Under the pieces are notes generated by a model. It saw nothing but the letters and a program-made list of their open reading frames with translations. It did no database searches and had not been told where the DNA came from. The position numbers were made by a program, and so were the translations under genes. DNA of 64,000 nt, from the IMG/VR virus record IMGVR_UViG_3300045988_135716, positions 1 to 64,000 of that record; one strand, given 5' to 3'. This document shows, in pieces, positions 38,161-46,023 of this stretch (positions within the stretch are counted from its first letter, which is position 1; each line of letters starts with the position of its first letter). This DNA comes from a virus.

Positions 38161-38212
38161 ATTTTGAACATGATAACAATAGGTTGTTTGTGTTACTTCC
38201 TATTATATGTGG

Positions 38213-38692
38213 CTAATACAACTGTTTTATCTTTGACAACATAGTATCTATATAACTATCTAATTCATTGTAATTTCTTCCATACCATAATAAATGTGCA
38301 ACAAAATCTATTTCTATATCTGCACATCTTCCGTTATTTAAGGCGTTGTATATATCTTCTTTATTGACTCTATATCTTCCATTTGATAACTTTTGATTAT
38401 ACTGTATATTATTATATCTAAGCATATCTAAACATCTTGACACGTTACCAGATACAATAAAAAATTTATATATTATATCTGTTATGCTGTCAGTGTCAGT
38501 TATAAATAAACATTTCCTTATTATATGGCGTATATACTCTATAAATAAATCATCATATAAATAATGTATATTTCCATTATCAAACAACTTTAAAGCATCA
38601 TAATAGTTTATGTCTCTTAAATGTTCTATGTGCTCTTTTGTTATTTTATCGTCTATCATATATTTATTTATAACCTTTTCTGTCAAGATCAT
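38213..38692 (-). CDS. hypothetical protein downstream of the RHH repressor
   Basis: Overlaps the RHH gene's 3' end, same strand. Confidence 0.5.
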   Translation of the reverse strand: MILTEKVINKYMIDDKITKEHIEHLRDINYYDALKLFDNGNIHYLYDDLFIEYIRHIIRKCLFITDTDSITDIIYKFFIVSGNVSRCLDMLRYNNIQYNQKLSNGRYRVNKEDIYNALNNGRCADIEIDFVAHLLWYGRNYNELDSYIDTMLSKIKQLY

Positions 38693-38852
38693 CCTGTATT
38701 AGCTTCTTGATATATACGCTCATTGGTATGTTATTATCTTTTGCATACCGTTTCATTCTTGCACATTCTTCCGTTTCTTCTGGTGTATATTTAAGTTTTA
38801 CAACTGTACATCTATCATTATAATCTTTTTGTGATTTTGGGCTATATGCCAT
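38664..38852 (-). CDS. ribbon-helix-helix (CopG/Arc-like) repressor candidate
   Basis: 62 aa with CTVVKLKYTPEE (beta strand) and IPMSVYIKKLIQDDL (helix B). Divergent from the operator-bearing early promoter. Confidence 0.55.
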   Translation of the reverse strand: MAYSPKSQKDYNDRCTVVKLKYTPEETEECARMKRYAKDNNIPMSVYIKKLIQDDLDRKGYK

Positions 38853-38985
38853 AATTCTTACACCTTTCTTTATTTATTATATGTAATAATTCTCTTTTTC
38901 TTTTTGGTGTAAGAGTAGTATTACATATTAACATTATAGCTTTATCCTGTCAACTTTTCTATTGACATTTGTGTATATTGTACTA

Positions 38986-39075
38986 ATAGGGTACCCTATG
39001 CAAATATGTAAATTATACACAATTCACAAACATAAAAAATCATAGGGTAACCTATTGACTAATAGGGTACCCTAT
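38986..39075. promoter_or_regulatory. three 14-bp palindromic operators: O1 38986-38999, O2 39042-39055, O3 39062-39075
   Basis: ATAGGGTACCCTAT occurs perfectly twice and once as ATAGGGTAACCTAT. Confidence 0.75.
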
Positions 39076-39083
39076 GGTATAGT
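39055..39083 (+). promoter_or_regulatory. early rightward promoter with operator O3 in the spacer
   Basis: TTGACT, 17-nt spacer, TATAGT. Confidence 0.6.
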
Positions 39084-39158
39084 AATACCATCAACAGAGG
39101 GGCAGAGATAAAATCAAAGTTCTAAAGTTGATAAAACTAAATAAAGGAGGTGACTCCA

Positions 39159-39266
39159 ATGACATATCCAATCGGATATCGTGGTCACTGTTTTCTTGCA
39201 ATAGTCAATGGCAAGTTGATGCAATTTGCAAGTGATACAGAATACTACGAATACATAACGGATTAA
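39159..39266 (+). CDS. 35-aa micro-ORF
   Basis: AAAGGAGGTGA SD 7 nt before the ATG; MTYPIGYRGHCFLAIVNGKLMQFASDTEYYEYITD. Confidence 0.45.
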   Translation: MTYPIGYRGHCFLAIVNGKLMQFASDTEYYEYITD

Positions 39267-40046
39267 TCATTGATGAGGGCATAGCCACAAGGCTTATAAG
39301 TCCCTCAAAATCACTTCCTTAAATGGTATTATACCATATTTAGTTTTTAACTACAAGTTAATCTAATAAGTCCCAAACAAGATTGAAACGGGCACACACT
39401 GAACCTTGCAGTTGAATAAAGGGTTGACTACTCGACAGCGAAAACTGTTATATGAGAGTCCTGGGTATCTGCCTCGAAAGAGATATTAGCGCATTCTGAA
39501 TTGCTGAAAGTATAGTAACAAAATCAGACGTTTGTAGAAAAGGTTTTTAACGTGAAAAAACTTGACCGTCAATGTGATCAACAGGGAATCACACAAAAAT
39601 AATAAGTTAGGGACGGGATAATAAATCAGAATTTAGTTTTACATAAAAGCAACTTATTAACAATAACATACTTGTAATAAGTGGCAAGTTACTTTTTTAC
39701 GGAATATCTAAAGCAACAAAAAATGGAGTCAAAACCATTTCAAAAAAAGAATGTGATGACCAAACTAAATAGTGGACGGTTTGTCTGGTATGAGTACCAC
39801 TTTAAAAGATAGGAAATCAGTCAAAAGCATGAGACAGCTTAATCATTCAAAAAATACGGTTGTCCGTATCCGATCAAAAAACGGGGAAAGATGCAAAACA
39901 AAGACCTAAGATTTGTTTAGACTGAAATAGTTTACTTGTTATCTATCAATGATACATAAAAATAAGTCGTTATCATAAAACGTTAAAAGCGTTCTGATTT
40001 ACGAAAAATCATTGCAAGCGGTTAATCATTAATCACTTGCTTTTTT
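39267..40046 (+). ncRNA. about 780-nt untranslated RNA segment ending at a strong intrinsic terminator
   Basis: No ORF of 60 aa or more in either strand. Several hairpins (tgaggg...ccctca, atacgg-ttgt-ccgtat, acttatta...taataagt). Terminator at 40014-40046. Confidence 0.5.
40014..40046 (+). terminator. intrinsic terminator
   Basis: 12-bp stem with one mismatch (gcaagcggttaa/ttaatcacttgc) followed by T6. Confidence 0.75.
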
Positions 40047-40224
40047 GTTTTACTTAGGTTGCAAGGCATTATCAACAAGCAAAGTTATTTGAAAGACGGG
40101 CAAAAGCGTAAGACCCGTGGCGGTGAGTAGTAGTCAAGTATAAATAATTTCTAATGTTGAATTATAATGGCTTGCAAAAATGAGAACAAAAAGAGAATAC
40201 ATAAACATACAGGAGGGAAATACG

Positions 40225-40551
40225 ATGACAACATATGTAGACGTAATTGCAAGAAAAGATACTATCACAATTGATGGTTATACATCAAACAAAACAGAAC
40301 GTGGCATTATTAAAGATGTTGCAAGAGTAGTTTCAAAATACGATCAGAGTGAAGCCAACACTCTTCTTGATTACTTAAAAATGGGGTTGAACAAGTACAA
40401 TACTCCATTTGCTAAAGCATCTGAAAGTGAAGGCGGTTATTTCTTTGAATATGAAGAAGTGCCATGTGCTACAAGATACAATGAAGAAACTGACGAGATG
40501 AAATATAAAGAAGGTTATTACAACTACTTTTGTATTAGAATTGTTAAATAA
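40225..40551 (+). CDS. hypothetical early protein
   Basis: AGGAGGG SD before the ATG at 40225. Confidence 0.55.
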   Translation: MTTYVDVIARKDTITIDGYTSNKTERGIIKDVARVVSKYDQSEANTLLDYLKMGLNKYNTPFAKASESEGGYFFEYEEVPCATRYNEETDEMKYKEGYYNYFCIRIVK

Positions 40552-40568
40552 ACAGGAGGTCAAAAGCT

Positions 40569-40772
40569 ATGCCAAAAGTTAAAATTACAGCTCATACATA
40601 TGTATGTGAGTTGCCCGAAACAATTCAGTCACAGATTTTCCAGGAGTGTGAAGCTACATTTAAAAGCCTTGCATTTCCTGTAGATATCAATGAGCAACTT
40701 GAAAACGTAAAAGGTTGCAAGATGTGTGATCTTGAAGATACGATAAACGTACAGAAATATTACACAAAATGA
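40569..40772 (+). CDS. hypothetical early protein
   Basis: SD AGGAGG upstream. Confidence 0.55.
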   Translation: MPKVKITAHTYVCELPETIQSQIFQECEATFKSLAFPVDINEQLENVKGCKMCDLEDTINVQKYYTK

Positions 40773-40798
40773 AATCCATGTTTTAAGGAGGTTTTACA

Positions 40799-41008
40799 AT
40801 GAAAGAATGGCATATTATCCATGAATGTGATACAGAGAACGGAATACCAACGCAATGGGCAAAAGAGATTGACCATCCTAAATATGGTCGGTATGTATGG
40901 ATTGAACTTACATATAATAACACTTATGACGTAGTTGCAAATGATACAGTTTTAAAGAATTGTAAATCACTTGCAAGTGCGAAACGTTGGGTATCAACAA
41001 ATTTATAG
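40799..41008 (+). CDS. hypothetical early protein
   Basis: SD AAGGAGG upstream. Confidence 0.55.
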   Translation: MKEWHIIHECDTENGIPTQWAKEIDHPKYGRYVWIELTYNNTYDVVANDTVLKNCKSLASAKRWVSTNL

Positions 41009-41092
41009 GCAGTAACATAGCACACAAGTAAATGACGCTTGTGTGTTTTTTAGTACCTATAAACAGAGAACTATAGAAGGGAAGGTGCAACA

Positions 41093-41242
41093 ATGTTCAA
41101 AAAGTTATTCCGTCGTAATTCATATACGACAGCTATCAAGAAAGACATTACCGACATTAAAGCAATGTCAAAACAGTATGAGGAAACACGTAAACAGGTT
41201 TTAAAGAACGTTGAAACAATCAACGCTTTAATGGGGAGGTGA
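41093..41242 (+). CDS. 49-aa hypothetical protein
   Basis: SD GGGAAGGTG upstream; below the track cutoff. Confidence 0.4.
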   Translation: MFKKLFRRNSYTTAIKKDITDIKAMSKQYEETRKQVLKNVETINALMGR

Positions 41243-41246
41243 AAAC

Positions 41247-41687
41247 ATGGAGTTTACAACACTTGCAAAAATGAAAAAGTCTTTTCCGTGGTGTAAAACA
41301 TCAGACGGAAAACAGACTGTACTTTTCGATCTGTCGGATTTAGACAGAACATGGTTCAAAGAATCTGTTATCAATCAGATCATGCCATCCTTAGAAAAGT
41401 ATATAGGAATAAACAGCATAGAGGAATTTGTTTTTGCGATTCCTGTTAGTACAGATAATGCAGAACTGTCGATAGACATTGAATTTAACAGAACGCACGT
41501 ATATAGCGAAAAAACAGGAAAGAAACTTTATACATTGAAAAGTGTATCGGGTTTCCGTATTGCGGAATACAAGCGTAACATTTACGGAGTTGTGCCTTAT
41601 AACTCTATTCCAGTTAGCGTTATTACATATGGAACGTTGGATAATCCTAAATGGATTAAAGCATATAACAGGGACGTGGAAATTTAA
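41247..41687 (+). CDS. hypothetical early protein
   Basis: SD GGGGAGGTG upstream. Confidence 0.55.
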   Translation: MEFTTLAKMKKSFPWCKTSDGKQTVLFDLSDLDRTWFKESVINQIMPSLEKYIGINSIEEFVFAIPVSTDNAELSIDIEFNRTHVYSEKTGKKLYTLKSVSGFRIAEYKRNIYGVVPYNSIPVSVITYGTLDNPKWIKAYNRDVEI

Positions 41688-41739
41688 TCAAGAGTCTTAC
41701 AAACAACACTAATACATAGAAAGAATGAGGGAAAGAATT

Positions 41740-42126
41740 ATGATGAATTATAATTATTTAGAAGCAATTACAGAGGATGTAAAAGAATATATTAAGAATG
41801 AGATTAATTTCTCTGAATATGAGGATATGGACGAATTAAAAGAATTTTTAAATGACGATTTATGGACGGAAGATAGCGTAACAGGAAACGGAAGTGGAAG
41901 TTATACATTTAATCGTGCAACTGCTAAAGAATATGTTGACGAAAATAAAGATCTTGTTAATGAAATGATGGAAGAATTTGATTGCAAAGAAAAGGTGGCT
42001 AATTGGTGGATAGAAGATAACTATGAAGCTATTGACGTTTCAATCAGATGCTATCTTTTAGGACAGGCAATAGATAAAGCATTAGATGATTTTACAGAAG
42101 AATTTGAGAAAGCACATGAAGCGTAA
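41740..42126 (+). CDS. acidic hypothetical protein
   Basis: GAGGG SD before ATG 41740; TGNGSGSYTFN motif not assigned to a family. Confidence 0.5.
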   Translation: MMNYNYLEAITEDVKEYIKNEINFSEYEDMDELKEFLNDDLWTEDSVTGNGSGSYTFNRATAKEYVDENKDLVNEMMEEFDCKEKVANWWIEDNYEAIDVSIRCYLLGQAIDKALDDFTEEFEKAHEA

Positions 42127-42232
42127 ACACACTTTATAATCACTAAATAGGGCATGAATGGAAATTATATCATTCGTGCCTTTTATAGTGCTTATAATGG
42201 CAAATAACACAACAAGAAAGAGGGAAACTACT

Positions 42233-42388
42233 ATGGAAAAGATTTATGGAACAAGAGCCTACTGGAAAGCAGTATTTAAACAGGAAAGAAAGCAGAAAAT
42301 CAAGAAAGTACTTACATATATTTGCGCATTCTTCTTATTTACAATGCCTGTTTGGATGTTTTTAGACTACATTGCAAAAGGATATTAA
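42233..42388 (+). CDS. small membrane protein
   Basis: SD GAGGGA; C-terminal hydrophobic helix ICAFFLFTMPVWMFL. Confidence 0.45.
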   Translation: MEKIYGTRAYWKAVFKQERKQKIKKVLTYICAFFLFTMPVWMFLDYIAKGY

Positions 42389-42419
42389 TTATATATATAT
42401 AAGAAAGGTGAAAACAATT

Positions 42420-42815
42420 ATGAAGAACAGAGTTAAAAAGATATTACTTGCTACACTTGCAACCTTAACAGTTATTGGAAACACAACAAGCGCACCTGTA
42501 CAGGCTACAGAATATACGGAAGTGGTAAAAGCTGTACCTATCACAAAAGTTATTGATTGTAATGACTTAACAGAGGAAATGCTTACAACAAGAGCAGAGC
42601 GCAACGTTATGTATATAGAACGCATTATCGGAAAAGTAACTGATAATGCTAAGAATGGAAAAGTACTCAATCCGCCTGTCGATGGTGGCTACTACATCTC
42701 ATACGCAAGCGTAGAGGATGCAAGAAAAGGAGATACAATCATTACTTATTGCGTTTATAATCCCTATTCAAATTGGGATGATGATGTTATAGAACGTTGG
42801 GACTTTATACAGTGA
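42420..42815 (+). CDS. secreted protein (signal peptide)
   Basis: MKNRVKKILLATLATLTVIGNTTSAPVQA has the n-h-c signal layout with an AxA site. Confidence 0.55.
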   Translation: MKNRVKKILLATLATLTVIGNTTSAPVQATEYTEVVKAVPITKVIDCNDLTEEMLTTRAERNVMYIERIIGKVTDNAKNGKVLNPPVDGGYYISYASVEDARKGDTIITYCVYNPYSNWDDDVIERWDFIQ

Positions 42816-42828
42816 GGAAGGTGGAAAC

Positions 42829-43014
42829 ATGAAAGAAGTAAAATACAACTACCATCACACGGCAAGCGACAGGGGATATATTCCAGTAGGGAAAGAAATT
42901 AAAGAACCTTACAAGGGCAGATATGGAAGAGGGTACATCATAAAGCGTAACAACCCACGCTCAAATAGGTTTTATCTCAAAGATTATTATATCAGACAGG
43001 AGGTGGAAAGATGA
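42829..43014 (+). CDS. basic hypothetical protein
   Basis: SD GGAAGGTGG upstream. Confidence 0.5.
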   Translation: MKEVKYNYHHTASDRGYIPVGKEIKEPYKGRYGRGYIIKRNNPRSNRFYLKDYYIRQEVER

Positions 43015-43157
43015 AGAAATATTATGTAATGTTCTATAACGGAAATGAAAAAGTATGTGGAACGTGGAAACAAGCTTGCTTATTTGCGGAAATTACATTG
43101 ATATGTAAATATCCGAATGTAAGATATACAAGTTGTAATGTGGTAAATGTGGCATAA
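43011..43157 (+). CDS. 48-aa hypothetical protein
   Basis: ATGA overlap with the upstream stop; SD GGAGGTGG. Confidence 0.4.
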   Translation: MKKYYVMFYNGNEKVCGTWKQACLFAEITLICKYPNVRYTSCNVVNVA

Positions 43158-43195
43158 AGAATAGATAAAAGTACAATTTCATGGAGGGAAACAGA

Positions 43196-43437
43196 ATGGA
43201 TATATTATTTAGAAAAGACAGAAAAACAAATGAAGTGGTAGCATTTATTCCAGAATCAACAGTATGCATATCGGACAGCATAGCGAAGCAAGTTTACAGT
43301 ATTATTGGGAAACGGTAAAAGCTACAGAGGAAGAATATAAACCACTGTTAAAGGAATTAAAAAGCATTTATGCTGATGAAGCACTTGTTATTAAGAAGCG
43401 TTTAAACATGGATAAATTAAGAAGTATATGGAGATAA
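43196..43437 (+). pseudogene. gene split into 40-aa and 57-aa overlapping frames
   Basis: The first frame has SD GGAGGG. The second frame starts at ATG 43264 without an SD. Restoring 1 nt near 43264 gives one 80-aa product. Confidence 0.4.
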
Positions 43438-43450
43438 AGGGGAAAATATT

Positions 43451-43693
43451 ATGTTTATAATTAAAGATAAGAAAAACAAAACTATTACATATGATGAAGG
43501 GGATGCATACGCATATAAAAAAGTTGTGTATGGATGTTATTCATCAGAAGCAGATGCAACCTTTATCATGGCGGATATAATTGAAAAGGAAACAGGTTCT
43601 TGTATAAGTACAGAAGTAACAGGCTTTTATTTTGGTGAGCCTGACTTTGAATATACCGAAAAATATCAGAACACACGAAAAACGGAATTTTAG
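43451..43693 (+). CDS. hypothetical early protein
   Basis: SD AAGGGG upstream. Confidence 0.5.
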   Translation: MFIIKDKKNKTITYDEGDAYAYKKVVYGCYSSEADATFIMADIIEKETGSCISTEVTGFYFGEPDFEYTEKYQNTRKTEF

Positions 43694-43705
43694 GAAATAA
43701 AAACC

Positions 43706-43948
43706 ATGACAAATACAGAGAAAGTAAAAGCGGAAAAGATTCTTGATGAAGCTATCAGAAAACACAAGAACGCAATTGACGATTGGAAAGCATATGAGCG
43801 TTGCAAGAAAGAAAATGATCTGGTATCAGCAGAAACATATTTGCGGAAATTTCAGGACGGAATAAGTTATGCGGAAGGCATTTATAACGCATTGGTTACT
43901 ATTGGTTTTACACATCCCAAAATGAAAGAATTTTCGGATATGTTATAA
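43706..43948 (+). CDS. hypothetical early protein
   Basis: Co-directional ORF. Confidence 0.5.
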   Translation: MTNTEKVKAEKILDEAIRKHKNAIDDWKAYERCKKENDLVSAETYLRKFQDGISYAEGIYNALVTIGFTHPKMKEFSDML

Positions 43949-43983
43949 ATGAAATTCACATTTCAGACAGGAGGTAAACTGGT

Positions 43984-44340
43984 ATGGATAAGTTTGTAGA
44001 ATTAAAAATTTGTAACTATATTGATGATACTTTGGATGTAGAAAGAGAAGTAAGATTTAAAATTACAAAAGAATGTTTACAAGATTATTTAATAGAAACA
44101 GAAGACGGCAGAACAATTAATAAATTTTTGGAAACATACAATAGTGATGAATCAAGTATTATTTATGAATATGCGAGTGATGATGGGAGAATTGTATCAG
44201 AAGAAATTACATATTGTGATGATTTTAATGAACAGTACAAAGATTTTATTAGAAGAACACAAATGTTTAATCCTGATATGACTCCAGAAGAAATAGCAAC
44301 AAAAGAAGATTATTATTGGCAATGTTGGAAAGTTCATTAA
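43984..44340 (+). CDS. hypothetical early protein
   Basis: SD AGGAGG upstream. Confidence 0.55.
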   Translation: MDKFVELKICNYIDDTLDVEREVRFKITKECLQDYLIETEDGRTINKFLETYNSDESSIIYEYASDDGRIVSEEITYCDDFNEQYKDFIRRTQMFNPDMTPEEIATKEDYYWQCWKVH

Positions 44341-44361
44341 ACCACAAGGGAGGAAATAAAC

Positions 44362-44544
44362 ATGAATAGTTCAGAATTAGCAAGAAAGATTATCGACTGT
44401 CTTTCCGATGGCTATGACGATGAAGAAAACAGAGAAGAAGCGGAAACAGAACTATACAATGAGTTATCACAACTTAACGGAAATAGTGTGGTGAAAGCTG
44501 CTCTTTTAAGATTGTGCGAAACAATAGAAGAATTAATAGAATGA
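44362..44544 (+). CDS. acidic hypothetical protein
   Basis: SD GGGAGG upstream. Confidence 0.5.
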   Translation: MNSSELARKIIDCLSDGYDDEENREEAETELYNELSQLNGNSVVKAALLRLCETIEELIE

Positions 44545-44560
44545 ACAGGAGAAAAGAAAA

Positions 44561-44770
44561 ATGGAATGGATCAACAAATTTAATGAAATGTTAGAAGAAA
44601 ATCCGTATACAAACGGAAACAGAGTAACAGTGACATATTCAGAAGAATCGGAAAGCGTGTTTGTTACCGTAAACGGAAAGACTTCTATTGTTATGTGGGA
44701 AGGTTTAACAGAATATGGTTTGATGATGAAGATCATGAGAACAATTGACCGCTTATACAACAATGTTTGA
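44561..44770 (+). CDS. hypothetical early protein
   Basis: SD AGGAG upstream. Confidence 0.5.
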   Translation: MEWINKFNEMLEENPYTNGNRVTVTYSEESESVFVTVNGKTSIVMWEGLTEYGLMMKIMRTIDRLYNNV

Positions 44771-44821
44771 CCGTTGATAGGCATACGGAAAATAGTTCTG
44801 TATGCCGATTGAACGGTCAAA
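44764..44821 (+). promoter_or_regulatory. long imperfect hairpin (about 18 bp in two stem segments)
   Basis: Outer arms gtttgaccgtt/aacggtcaaac and inner arms ggcatac/gtatgcc around a 13-nt loop. No U-tract. Confidence 0.6.
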
Positions 44822-44855
44822 CAGAACACTATATAATAAGGAAGGAATTGATAAC

Positions 44856-45092
44856 ATGAAATTAATTGCAATGGCGGTAAAAGGAAAAGAATACTTGCAT
44901 TCCAGACAGAATGCTTTCTTTGTGTCTGATAGAAGTGCAAAGAAAATTTGTGAAGTAATGAATAATGTAAAATTTAGAATCAAAAATGATTCGGAAACAT
45001 GGTACATTTATGACTATGATTTTACGCAAGAAAGTTATGTCACTGGAAAATTAACTATTTACAAGGGCATTGTAAAGTTAAAAGCATTATAG
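44856..45092 (+). CDS. hypothetical early protein
   Basis: SD AAGGAAGG before ATG 44856. Confidence 0.5.
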   Translation: MKLIAMAVKGKEYLHSRQNAFFVSDRSAKKICEVMNNVKFRIKNDSETWYIYDYDFTQESYVTGKLTIYKGIVKLKAL

Positions 45093-45119
45093 AGAAGAAT
45101 ATACGGAGGTATACAGAAC

Positions 45120-45374
45120 ATGGAAAATTTAATAATAAGAGTTAAGGCAAATAAAGATGGACATTATAAAACAATTGATTTAATGGAGTGTATAAAGAAA
45201 AATTTTAATGATGTTATATTCCCTAACAAACCATTATACGAAACTTGTTTAGCTGATTTGTCATTAGACAATGGGAAAATGTGTACATATTCATTTTCTA
45301 GTGGTGTAATAGGAACATGGGATAATGATTTAGGAGAATACATGGAAAGAGATTTTGTTTTGTGCTTTTCATAA
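45120..45374 (+). CDS. hypothetical early protein
   Basis: SD GGAGG upstream. Confidence 0.55.
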   Translation: MENLIIRVKANKDGHYKTIDLMECIKKNFNDVIFPNKPLYETCLADLSLDNGKMCTYSFSSGVIGTWDNDLGEYMERDFVLCFS

Positions 45375-45402
45375 AATGTAACAGAATAACAGAGAATACC
45401 AA

Positions 45403-45434
45403 AAGGAAACTAATTCAATTTAGTTTCCTTTTTT
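45403..45434 (+). terminator. intrinsic terminator
   Basis: 11-bp stem aaggaaactaa/ttagtttcctt followed by T4-5. Confidence 0.75.
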
Positions 45435-45462
45435 AATTGGAAAATTTTGGAGGTATAAGAAC

Positions 45463-45972
45463 ATGATTAACAGAGAATGGTTAGAACTGATTGAACAGAA
45501 TAAAGAAAGAATTATCAGCAAAGGAATCGAAGCATATAAAGAATCTTTAGAAAATAAAAACTTGCGTTACATTGTGGAAATGGACGAAAACGGAATTATA
45601 ACAATGTGGTATGACGTAGCCGGTGGAAACAGTTTCCATATGTCTACATATAACGGAAAGTCGATAGAACTAATTCACTTCTGTATGCGGAATTGGATTG
45701 ACGATCCTATCCCTGATAGCGATATAGAACAGAAATTACAGGAACGTGGTTTATACAAGTGTTACCTTAAAGAAAGAGAATCGCAAGAAGTAGAGGACTG
45801 GGAAACAGCGGAAATTGTTATTATTAACAGTACAGATGAACAATTACATAATATTCTTGAAGAATGCCGACAGGAAAGAAAACAGTTCTACGTGGACGAA
45901 TACGCAAGAACAGAAGCAGAGAATCAGTTGGAAAATTTAAAGAACGTATTAGACAGCTTCACTTGTTTATAA
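45463..45972 (+). CDS. hypothetical protein
   Basis: SD GGAGG upstream. Confidence 0.55.
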   Translation: MINREWLELIEQNKERIISKGIEAYKESLENKNLRYIVEMDENGIITMWYDVAGGNSFHMSTYNGKSIELIHFCMRNWIDDPIPDSDIEQKLQERGLYKCYLKERESQEVEDWETAEIVIINSTDEQLHNILEECRQERKQFYVDEYARTEAENQLENLKNVLDSFTCL

Positions 45973-46023
45973 ATAAAGAAAATCAATACATATAATAAAA
46001 CATACATAAAGGAGATTAAAACA

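Noticed and set aside
44533-45007. Minus-strand ORFs in the plus arm (40375, 40908, 42389, 43093, 43544, 44533, 44753, 46548, 50960, 53392, 54070, 54641, 54735, 54961, 55749, 56003, 57840, 60553, 61602, 62460).
   Set aside because: They are antisense to co-directional plus-strand genes, most of which have an SD. Hydrophobic low-complexity translations typical of shadow ORFs in AT-rich DNA.
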